From NCBI GenBank assembly GCA_002898235.1, contig BEIL01000001.1, positions 16,034-80,033 of the forward strand: a stretch of DNA of 64,000 nt, in the 5' to 3' direction. This stretch comes from a bacterium HR35. GTDB taxonomy: Bacteria; Patescibacteriota; Minisyncoccia; UBA6257; HR35. Under the pieces are notes generated by a model. That model saw only the letters and a list, made by a program, of their open reading frames with translations, was not told where the DNA came from and made no database searches. Positions 41,989 through 49,621 of the stretch are shown piece after piece. Within the stretch, counting starts at the first letter, position 1. Each line of letters begins with the position of its first letter. The position numbers were made by a program, and so were the translations under genes.

Positions 41989-42336
41989 ATGAAAACAAAA
42001 TCTTTTAAGGAATTAATAGTTTGGCAAAGAGCAAAAGAATTAGCAATAGAAGTATATAAATTAACATCAAAATTTCCAAAGTCAGAGCTTTTTGGATTAA
42101 CAAACCAAATGAGAAGAGCTTCAATTTCTATTTCTTCAAATATTGCTGAAAGTTATCATCGCTTCCATTCTAAAGAGAAAAAACAATTTTTAGCAGTTGC
42201 CTTTGGCTCTGGAGCAGAATTAGAAAGCCAAATTGAAATTGCTAAATCACTTTTTCCAAATTTAGATTATTCAAAAGTAGAAACATTACTTGCAGATATA
42301 ATGAAAATTTTAAATAAAATTATTAATAAAAAATGA
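41989..42336 (+). CDS. four-helix-bundle protein of the 23S rRNA intervening-sequence protein / Avd family
   Basis: WQRAKELAIEVYKLTSKFPKSELFGLTNQMRRASISISSNIAEG is the characteristic motif of this family. The stop overlaps the next start (ATGA). Confidence 0.7.
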   Translation: MKTKSFKELIVWQRAKELAIEVYKLTSKFPKSELFGLTNQMRRASISISSNIAESYHRFHSKEKKQFLAVAFGSGAELESQIEIAKSLFPNLDYSKVETLLADIMKILNKIINKK

Positions 42337-45300
42337 AAAAAAATCATCCAAAATTATCTACTAGATTCTACTTACTATCTACTAGATTCTTAGTTTTATT
42401 ACTTTTAATTTCAATGTTCTTTTTCGGTTATCCTGTTATTTGGAAAAATCCAAGAATACCACCAAAGATTAAGGAAGCACAGGCGGCAATTAGTTTTATT
42501 GGAAGCGTTGAAGGATCAGCAGCAAACGGCGGCGATGTCACGCTTAGCCTTTCCGGTCTTGGACTCCAAGAAGGCGACCTCGTCATCGTGGCCTATGCCA
42601 TTGGAGATAATGATAACGTGAATTTCAACATGGCAATACTATCGCCAGCTGGTTATACCGAGGTTGCCGACTTACATTCCGATGATACACAAGATGTTGA
42701 TCTCGGTGTTTACTGGAAAGTTATGGGAGCCACACCAGACACATCTGTTACGGTAGATGGTTTAGGAGGAACTGATGCTTCAGTGGCAGCAGTGGCAATG
42801 GCTTTCCGGGGTGTTGATCCCGCAACTCCAATGGATGTGATTCCAACTACGGCAACTGGCATTAATACTATGCATCCCAATCCCCCAGCAATAGACTATG
42901 TAAGCACCGGTGTCTGGACAGTTATTGCGGGAGCAAGTGGGCATGCGCTTAATTTAGCTAATACTAACAATCCCTATACTTTCCCATCAGGATATACAAC
43001 AGATAATGTTCAACGACCTGAAAATGATACAAGCGATGTGACAGTTGGATTGGGATACAGAACAAATCCCGCTGATCCCGAGGATCCTGGCGTTATGACA
43101 CACAGCGGAACTGACAGCACAAGTTACTCGTGGGCTGCAGTTACAATTGCTTTAAGACCCAAACCACCTTCTACTTTTAATCAATCAGCTTATAGATTTT
43201 TTAATAATCTTGATTCAACTGATGTTGGTTCTCCTTTAGCCAATCAAAATACTCCAGCAAGCTTAACTTCAGCTGGTCAAGCATTTAGATTGAGATTACT
43301 TATTCATGTAGGAACATCAAATCTGTTGGAAAATGAACAAAGTTTCAAACTTCAATTTGGTACCTCTACTGGTTCATCTTGTACTTCTTCACCACCTGCT
43401 TCTTGGGCTGATGTTACAACTTCAACACCAATAGCTTTTAATGACAACCCAACACCAGCTGATGGTGCTACTTTAACTGCTAATACTAATGACCCAACTC
43501 ATGGAGCTGATATTATTGTCAATCAAACCTATGAAGAATTAAATAATTTTACAAACTCTGTCTCTTCAATTAACGCTGGCGAAGATGGTAAATGGGACTT
43601 TTCATTAAAAGATAATGGTGCTCCAGCTGGTACTACTTATTGTTTAAGAGTTGTAAAAGCTGATGGAACTTTATTAGATACTTATTCAGTTATTCCTCAA
43701 ATTACAACCGCCGCAGCTCCAATTTTATCAGCTTATAGATTTTTTAATAATTTAGATTCAACTGATGTTGGTTCTCCTTTAGCTAATCAAGATACAGCTG
43801 CAACTTTAACTTCAGCTGGTCAAGCTTTTAGATTAAGACTTTTACTTCATTTACCCTCGGGTTTAAATTTCAATTCTCCCACTTCTTCAAATAATTTAAT
43901 AGAATCTGGATTAATTCCAGCTGGCTCTGGTGGTGGTAGAATTAGAATAGCTGCGCCTACTCCCAATAGATTATACTTGGTTTATTATGATATGACTAAT
44001 CTAGATTTAAGATTCTGTCGAAGTACTAATGGTGGAGTGAGTTGGAGTTGTAATGCAATTGAATCGACTGGTGATGTAGGCGTAACTCCGGATATTTATG
44101 CTCTTGATGAAAACAATATATTTATTACTCATAGAGATGCAACAAATGGTAATTTAAGATTTTGTAAAAGTAGTAATGGTGGTTTAAATTTTTCTTGTTC
44201 TATTCTTGAAGCTGGTTGGCAGGGGTTTGATTCTTCTATTAAAGCTATTTCAACTTCAACAATTTTTGTTTCTTACGCTCCAGCTCCAGCAAATTTTAGC
44301 TATTCAATTTTGAGATTTTGCCGAACAACTGATGGTGGTAACACCTGGAATTGCTCAGATGTTGAAGGAAATACAACAACTCAATATGGTTGGTATTCAT
44401 CTTTAGATGCAGTTGATTCTAATAATATTTATATTGCCCACTATGATGGGATCAATTTAGATTTAAGATTTTGTCGGACTTCAAACGGTGGAACAACTTG
44501 GAATTGTGGTGTAATTGAAACTACAGGTGATATAGGAAGAAAACCATCTATAAAAGCTTTTAACAATAATTATATTTATATAGCACATCGAGACGAAACA
44601 AATAATCAATTAAGATTTTGTCGAACTACAGATGGAGGAACTAGTTGGAATTGTAATGCAATAGAAATCGGAGGTTTTTCTTCTTCTTTAAAAATAGTTG
44701 ATAAAGATGTAGTTTATATAGCCCATTTTGATTTTACAAATGCTTCTATAAGACTTTGTAATACTAATAATGGTGGACAAACTTGGAGCTGTTCTACAAT
44801 TGCTAATGCTCCCCCTACTCTTACTTCTGGTGAAAATTTAAGTCTTTCTTTAGATTTACTTGATCCTTATATGATTTATGTAGCTTATGGTTTTACTACT
44901 GATTCTTCTAATGAGGTAAGATTGTATAAATATACAGGGAATGATTTTTTTAAACTTCAATATTCAGTTATGTCTGGAACTTGTGATACTTCATTTTCTG
45001 GTGAAGTTTATAATGATGTAGGTTTCGATACCCCTATTGCTTTTTATAATAATAACACTACAAGTGATGCCTCGACTCCAACTACTAACACCAATGATCC
45101 AACTCATGGTACTGATACAATTGTTTATCAAACTTATAAAGAAAAAAAATTTTTTACAAATAGAACGAACATTTTTTCGGGAAGTGATGGTTTATGGGAT
45201 TTTGTTTTGAGAGATAATAACGCTCCTTCAAATACAACTTATTGTTTAAGAGTTGTAAAAGCAGATGGAAGCTTACTTCAGGGTTACAATGTTATCCCTC

Positions 45301-45797
45301 AAATTACAACTGCAGCAGCTGCACCGATTACTTGTACTTTTTCAGCAACTTCAACTTCATTTTCAAGTTTATCTCCTTCAGCTGTTTCAACTTCTTCTCC
45401 TGATATAACTATTACTGTTACTTCTTCAGCTGGTTTTATAATTTCTGTAAATGATGCAGGTAATGGAACTAACCCAGGTCTTTATAAATCAACCTCGCCA
45501 ACATATCTAATTCCTTCTCCAAATTCTTCTTATACAGCAACTGCTACTTTAGTGGCTGGGGTAGATGGTTATGGAATTCAAGCAACAACTACAAATTCAA
45601 ATATAAGTATTAATCCAAGATACAATGTTAGTGGAGATACTGTTGGAGGACTAACTACAACAACTATTACTTTGGCAAGTTCTTCAGTTGCTGTTTCTTC
45701 GGCTCAAATTACAATTAAACATAAAGCAGCAGTTTCAAGTTTAGCACCAACAGGCAATTATCAAGATACAATAACATATAGCTGTACAAGTCCATAG
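42333..45797 (+). CDS. large surface protein with N-terminal signal anchor, a compositionally atypical N-terminal domain, duplicated YRFFNNLDSTDVGSPLANQ segments, a BNR/Asp-box beta-propeller and a C-terminal domain shared with the next gene
   Basis: Six BNR-like blades (LRFCRSTNGGVSWSC, LRFCKSSNGGLNFSC, LRFCRTTDGGNTWNC, LRFCRTSNGGTTWNC, LRFCRTTDGGTSWNC, IRLCNTNNGGQTWSC). 1154 aa. Confidence 0.55.
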   Translation: MKKNHPKLSTRFYLLSTRFLVLLLLISMFFFGYPVIWKNPRIPPKIKEAQAAISFIGSVEGSAANGGDVTLSLSGLGLQEGDLVIVAYAIGDNDNVNFNMAILSPAGYTEVADLHSDDTQDVDLGVYWKVMGATPDTSVTVDGLGGTDASVAAVAMAFRGVDPATPMDVIPTTATGINTMHPNPPAIDYVSTGVWTVIAGASGHALNLANTNNPYTFPSGYTTDNVQRPENDTSDVTVGLGYRTNPADPEDPGVMTHSGTDSTSYSWAAVTIALRPKPPSTFNQSAYRFFNNLDSTDVGSPLANQNTPASLTSAGQAFRLRLLIHVGTSNLLENEQSFKLQFGTSTGSSCTSSPPASWADVTTSTPIAFNDNPTPADGATLTANTNDPTHGADIIVNQTYEELNNFTNSVSSINAGEDGKWDFSLKDNGAPAGTTYCLRVVKADGTLLDTYSVIPQITTAAAPILSAYRFFNNLDSTDVGSPLANQDTAATLTSAGQAFRLRLLLHLPSGLNFNSPTSSNNLIESGLIPAGSGGGRIRIAAPTPNRLYLVYYDMTNLDLRFCRSTNGGVSWSCNAIESTGDVGVTPDIYALDENNIFITHRDATNGNLRFCKSSNGGLNFSCSILEAGWQGFDSSIKAISTSTIFVSYAPAPANFSYSILRFCRTTDGGNTWNCSDVEGNTTTQYGWYSSLDAVDSNNIYIAHYDGINLDLRFCRTSNGGTTWNCGVIETTGDIGRKPSIKAFNNNYIYIAHRDETNNQLRFCRTTDGGTSWNCNAIEIGGFSSSLKIVDKDVVYIAHFDFTNASIRLCNTNNGGQTWSCSTIANAPPTLTSGENLSLSLDLLDPYMIYVAYGFTTDSSNEVRLYKYTGNDFFKLQYSVMSGTCDTSFSGEVYNDVGFDTPIAFYNNNTTSDASTPTTNTNDPTHGTDTIVYQTYKEKKFFTNRTNIFSGSDGLWDFVLRDNNAPSNTTYCLRVVKADGSLLQGYNVIPQITTAAAAPITCTFSATSTSFSSLSPSAVSTSSPDITITVTSSAGFIISVNDAGNGTNPGLYKSTSPTYLIPSPNSSYTATATLVAGVDGYGIQATTTNSNISINPRYNVSGDTVGGLTTTTITLASSSVAVSSAQITIKHKAAVSSLAPTGNYQDTITYSCTSP

Positions 45798-45957
45798 TTA
45801 GTAGCTAGTAATTAGTAATTAGTAACTAATAGTAATGCAATAAAAAAATTTTTTTGACAAAATATGATATAATTTTAGTAAAATAAGCTCGCCCTGTAGT
45901 GAAACGAATTTTCTACTACAGGGGTAGAAGGGTCGAAAATTAAATAAAAAAAATCAA

Positions 45958-46593
45958 ATGGAAAAGGAAAATCAAACACAAAATTTAATTCTTTTGATAG
46001 GCATATTTTTAACTATTTATTTTGTTTATGAACTTTTTATTCTACCATCAGGACTTTTAAGAGCACAAACTAATGTGACGGTTACAGCAACCGTAACAAC
46101 AACTGTAACTTGTAATCCTGCAACAACTACTACTAATTTTGGCACTATTGATGCAAGTGCTGTTTATACTTCTTCTCCTAATGTAATTACCACTGTTTCT
46201 TGTAATCCTGCAGCAGGATGTAATGTTACTATTAGGGATCAAGGTTCAGGAACTCAACCAGGTTTATGGAATTCAACAGCTTCTTATCTAATTCCTTCAC
46301 CAAATGCTTCTTTTTCAGCAACAGCAACTTTAGTAGCTGGAACAGAAGGTTATGGAATTCAAGCAACAACAACTTCAGCTGGCTCAGGAGGAACTCTTTC
46401 TTTAAATTCAAGATATGTTCAAACAGGAAATACTGTCGGAGGATTGACAACAACCACAATTCAATTAGCTTCTTCAACCGAGCCAGTAGCAAATAGAGAA
46501 ATTGTTGTTACTCATAAAGTAGCAATCTCAGGTTTAACCAGAGCAGGTAATTATCAAGACATAATTACATATAGCTGTGCAAGTAATTTTTAG
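45958..46593 (+). CDS. secreted paralog of the C-terminal domain of the preceding 1154 aa protein
   Basis: Signal anchor. About 60% aa identity to the last roughly 170 aa of ORF 42333-45797 (shared PGLWNST..YLIPSPN..ATATLVAG..GYGIQATTT..TVGGLTTTTI..GNYQDxITYSC). Confidence 0.45.
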   Translation: MEKENQTQNLILLIGIFLTIYFVYELFILPSGLLRAQTNVTVTATVTTTVTCNPATTTTNFGTIDASAVYTSSPNVITTVSCNPAAGCNVTIRDQGSGTQPGLWNSTASYLIPSPNASFSATATLVAGTEGYGIQATTTSAGSGGTLSLNSRYVQTGNTVGGLTTTTIQLASSTEPVANREIVVTHKVAISGLTRAGNYQDIITYSCASNF

Positions 46594-46655
46594 TATCTAG
46601 TAGTTAGAATTTAGTAAATAGCAATGAATCAAAAAAGTAAAGAAAAAAATTAAAA

Positions 46656-47534
46656 ATGAAAAAATATCTCTTATTTATTTTTTTACTAGCTTCTATTTTA
46701 TATTTACTAGTTACTAATTCTGTTTTTGCTTTAACTGTTGGACCTGCTAAATTAGAATTTACAACTGATCCGGGGCAAGTTTTAGAATTTAGTTTGTTTG
46801 TTAGAAATGATAGTGATTATGATTCTAAGTATCAAATTATTGTTGAAGGGTTTACTGAAGAAAATGGAGAAAGAAAATATATTACCAATCCGCCTGAAGC
46901 AAGTTGGGTTGAAGCACCAAAGGATATTTTTATTAAAGCCAAAGAAGATACAAATGTTCCTATAAAAATTAATGTTCCTAAAGATGCTCCGCCAGGAGGT
47001 CATTTTTTAGTTTTATGGGTAAGCACTAAACCTGAGGGAGGTCAGGTTGCAATTGTTACCAGAGTTGGAGCTTTAGTTTTTATTAATGTTTCAGGAAAGG
47101 CTATTTATAAGGCTTATATTAGTGAGCTAAAAGCACCAAAAATTGCTTTTGATTTTCCAGTAAAATTTTCTTATGTAATCAAAAATGAAGGCAACACCTA
47201 TATAACACCTAAAGGCAATATTGAAATTAAAAATATTTTCGGAAGATTAATTGCTGATTTGCCTATAAATCCAAGGGAATTACAGCTTTTACCCAATACC
47301 TCAAAAAATTTTGAACAAGAATGGAAAGCACCGTTTGCTTTTGGAATTTATAAAGCTATTTTTAATTTAGAATATGCCAATTCAAGAAACTCTTTGAATT
47401 ATTGGTTTGTTTTTATTCATCTTAAAGCATTAATTATTTTGATGATTATCTTTGTTTTTGTTGTTTTTGTTTTACCAAGATTAATTAAAAAATATAATGA
47501 ATGGGTAATTAAAAGATATATGCAAAATAAATGA
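46656..47534 (+). CDS. secreted beta-sandwich protein with C-terminal TM anchor
   Basis: Signal peptide, predicted beta-rich ectodomain, C-terminal hydrophobic helix followed by basic residues (LPRLIKKYNEW). Confidence 0.35.
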   Translation: MKKYLLFIFLLASILYLLVTNSVFALTVGPAKLEFTTDPGQVLEFSLFVRNDSDYDSKYQIIVEGFTEENGERKYITNPPEASWVEAPKDIFIKAKEDTNVPIKINVPKDAPPGGHFLVLWVSTKPEGGQVAIVTRVGALVFINVSGKAIYKAYISELKAPKIAFDFPVKFSYVIKNEGNTYITPKGNIEIKNIFGRLIADLPINPRELQLLPNTSKNFEQEWKAPFAFGIYKAIFNLEYANSRNSLNYWFVFIHLKALIILMIIFVFVVFVLPRLIKKYNEWVIKRYMQNK

Positions 47535-48581
47535 ATGAATTTAAAAAATTTTTTCAATGTTGTTTTAATAATTTTCTTCTCGTTTTTATTACTTTATGCT
47601 TTTAATTATTTAAAATCTGCAGGTGTAACTATTAAAGCTTTTGTGCCTGGAGTTTGTGGCAATAATCTTAAAGAACCAGGAGAAGAATGTGATGGTCCTG
47701 ATTTAGGAGGTCAAAGCTGCGTTTCTTTAGGTTATTCAGGAGGAACTTTGTCTTGTAATTCTAATTGTACTTTTAATGCTTCACAATGCACTATCTCCCC
47801 GCCAAGTGGAGGAGGCGGAGGCGGTGGAGCATATATACCTCCTTATGGAACAGTTATTCTTTCAGGAAGAGCCCAACCAAATTCTGATGTTACTTTAATT
47901 TCAGATGGCCAAATAAGAACAATTATCAAAGCTGATACTGATGGAAAATTTAAATTTACTCTTTCCAACCTAACCCCAGGCAATTATATTTTTACTTTAT
48001 ATGCTGAAGATACTGAGGGAAGAAGGACAAGCTTACATTCAGTTCCAGCAGTAGTTACCGCAGGTCTTACAATTGAAATAGGTAATATTTTTCTTTCACC
48101 AACAATTGATATTGATAAAATACAAGTTAAGCGTGGAGATATTTTAAGAATTTTTGGTCAAACAGCTCCTGATTCTAATGTTTTGATTGTTGTTTCTTCT
48201 GAAGAAGAATTATATTTTCAAACTCAAGCAGAAAAAGATGGAAGTTATTTATATGCCTTAGATACTACAATTTTAGATTATGGCCAGCATTTTACAAAAT
48301 CAAGATCAATTTTAGCCAATCAATTAGTTAGTTCTTTTTCAAAAGCTTTAGCATTTCAGGTTTCAACAACTTCGGTAGTTAAAAAACCAACAAAATGTCC
48401 ATTAAAAGGTGATTTAAACAATGATTGCAGAGTAAATTTGATTGATTTTTCAATTGCTGCTTATTGGTATAAAAGAAAATTAAGTCCAAATTTTGCTAAA
48501 ATTGAAAAAGAGAAATTAAACGGAGATGGAAAGGTCGATTTGGTTGATTTTAGTATTATGGCGTATTGGTGGACGGGATAA
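47535..48581 (+). CDS. dockerin-containing surface protein (N-terminal signal anchor, Cys-rich repeat, Gly linker, Ig-like region, C-terminal dockerin)
   Basis: Two dockerin-type Ca-binding segments, DLNNDCRVNLIDFSIAAYW and LNGDGKVDLVDFSIMAYW. A CGNNLKEPGEECDGPDLGGQSC Cys-rich repeat. Confidence 0.55.
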   Translation: MNLKNFFNVVLIIFFSFLLLYAFNYLKSAGVTIKAFVPGVCGNNLKEPGEECDGPDLGGQSCVSLGYSGGTLSCNSNCTFNASQCTISPPSGGGGGGGAYIPPYGTVILSGRAQPNSDVTLISDGQIRTIIKADTDGKFKFTLSNLTPGNYIFTLYAEDTEGRRTSLHSVPAVVTAGLTIEIGNIFLSPTIDIDKIQVKRGDILRIFGQTAPDSNVLIVVSSEEELYFQTQAEKDGSYLYALDTTILDYGQHFTKSRSILANQLVSSFSKALAFQVSTTSVVKKPTKCPLKGDLNNDCRVNLIDFSIAAYWYKRKLSPNFAKIEKEKLNGDGKVDLVDFSIMAYWWTG

Positions 48582-48584
48582 TAG

Positions 48585-48800
48585 ATGTTTCGCGAGTTGG
48601 CTTTTATATATCGCACACACGCCTATGAGCACCGGCACTCAACTTCCTCCAGCGGCAAGTTGGTGCCTCGTGGTCTCGGCTCAAAAACTTTGCCATCTGC
48701 TGAAAGCAGACTGGCAAAGACCAAGCTTTTTAAGCCTCCGACACGTGCTCTACGGCGTGGTGCTCGACAAAATGTCTGCGTCAGTCTGCGTTTTATACAA
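48585..48800. other. 220 bp GC-rich (about 50% GC) intergenic element with internal inverted repeats
   Basis: Sharp composition jump versus flanks. Hairpin potential in GGCACTCAACTT...AAGTTGGTGCC and GCAGACTG...CAGTCTGC. Ends with GTCTGCGTCAGTCTGCGTT, the reverse complement of the ACGCAGAC motif seen in in-frame insertions elsewhere. Confidence 0.5.
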
Positions 48801-48802
48801 AA

Positions 48803-49621
48803 ATGGCAAAAATTTATTTACAAATAGATAAGGAAGTGAATACTAATTATTTCACAGTTCCTATTTATCTTGACACCGAAGGTGAATCAGTTAATGCTTT
48901 TGAAGTGAAGATAAAAACATCTAACAATTTGATTTTTAGAGATTATTTAGAAAAAGATTCAATTATTAGTTATTGGATTGAAAAACCTTCAATTAAAGAA
49001 AATATTTTGTCATTTTCAGGAATTACTCCAGGTGGTTATATTGGTAAAAAGGGTTTGTTGGTAAATTTAATTTTTGAAGCTAAACAAAACGGACAAGCTT
49101 TTATTGAAATTTTACCTTCATCACAAATTTTACTAAACGATGGTTTAGGAACTAAGGCAGGATTAAAAACAGATAGATATGAATTTTTGTTAAATATTAC
49201 TCAAACTCAAAAAATAAGCATTGAAGACCGTTATCCTCCAGAACCATTTAAAATTTATCCTCAAAGAAATAAGGAAATTTTTAACAATAAGTATTACATT
49301 ATTTTTGAGGCTAAAGATAAACAATCAGGTATAGCTTATTATGAAGCTGCTGAAGTTCCTATCTGTATAAATCTAGGTTTAACCTGCGAAAATCCTCGTT
49401 TTGAAAAAGTCTCATCTCCATATCTTTTAAAAGATCAATCTTTAAGAAGCTATATTTATGTTAAAGCAGTTGATCGAGCAGGAAATGAAAGAATTGAAAT
49501 TTTAAAACCACAAAGATTGTTTTTAGCTGAAGAAATTTTGTTTTTCTTTATTTTTAGTAGTTTGTTTATTTTAGGAATCATTTTTTATAATAAAATTAAA
49601 TGGCATTTAAGAATAAAATAA
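48803..49621 (+). CDS. cohesin-like domain protein with C-terminal TM anchor; N-terminal signal peptide apparently missing
   Basis: Cohesin-like N-domain aligns with that of the next gene (AKIYLQIDKEVNTNYFTVPIYLDT vs ASIYLSPAQKTVNVGDSFSIVVYVES, then LVNLIFEAKQNGQAFIEIL...LLNDGLG). An Ig-like ...SGIAYY...VDRAGN domain. The ORF begins exactly at the mature-domain boundary, immediately after the GC-rich element. Confidence 0.45.
   Translation: MAKIYLQIDKEVNTNYFTVPIYLDTEGESVNAFEVKIKTSNNLIFRDYLEKDSIISYWIEKPSIKENILSFSGITPGGYIGKKGLLVNLIFEAKQNGQAFIEILPSSQILLNDGLGTKAGLKTDRYEFLLNITQTQKISIEDRYPPEPFKIYPQRNKEIFNNKYYIIFEAKDKQSGIAYYEAAEVPICINLGLTCENPRFEKVSSPYLLKDQSLRSYIYVKAVDRAGNERIEILKPQRLFLAEEILFFFIFSSLFILGIIFYNKIKWHLRIK

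Noticed and set aside
43183-43860. Two similar about 130 nt segments (SAYRFFNNLDSTDVGSPLANQ...) considered as DGR template/variable repeats next to the Avd-like gene
   Set aside because: Mismatches involve all four bases rather than adenines only. Both copies are coding within the same gene. No reverse transcriptase in the window.
45854-45923. Perfect TTGACA and TATAAT hexamers plus a 9 bp stem hairpin (CCCTGTAGT...ACTACAGGG) upstream of ORF 45958
   Set aside because: The hexamers are only 8 nt apart, so they cannot act as a -35/-10 pair. In a 28% GC genome such hexamers occur by chance. The hairpin lacks a U-tract. Kept only as a weak note.
40255-46625. TAG-rich direct repeats considered as a CRISPR array
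   Set aside because: Repeats are irregular in length and sequence, kilobases apart with whole genes between them, and have no uniform spacers or cas genes.
48526-48831. ORFs of 101 and 80 aa predicted through the GC-rich intergenic element
   Set aside because: They exist only because a GC-rich segment lacks stops. No motifs, and they overlap each other in different frames. Treated as noncoding element.
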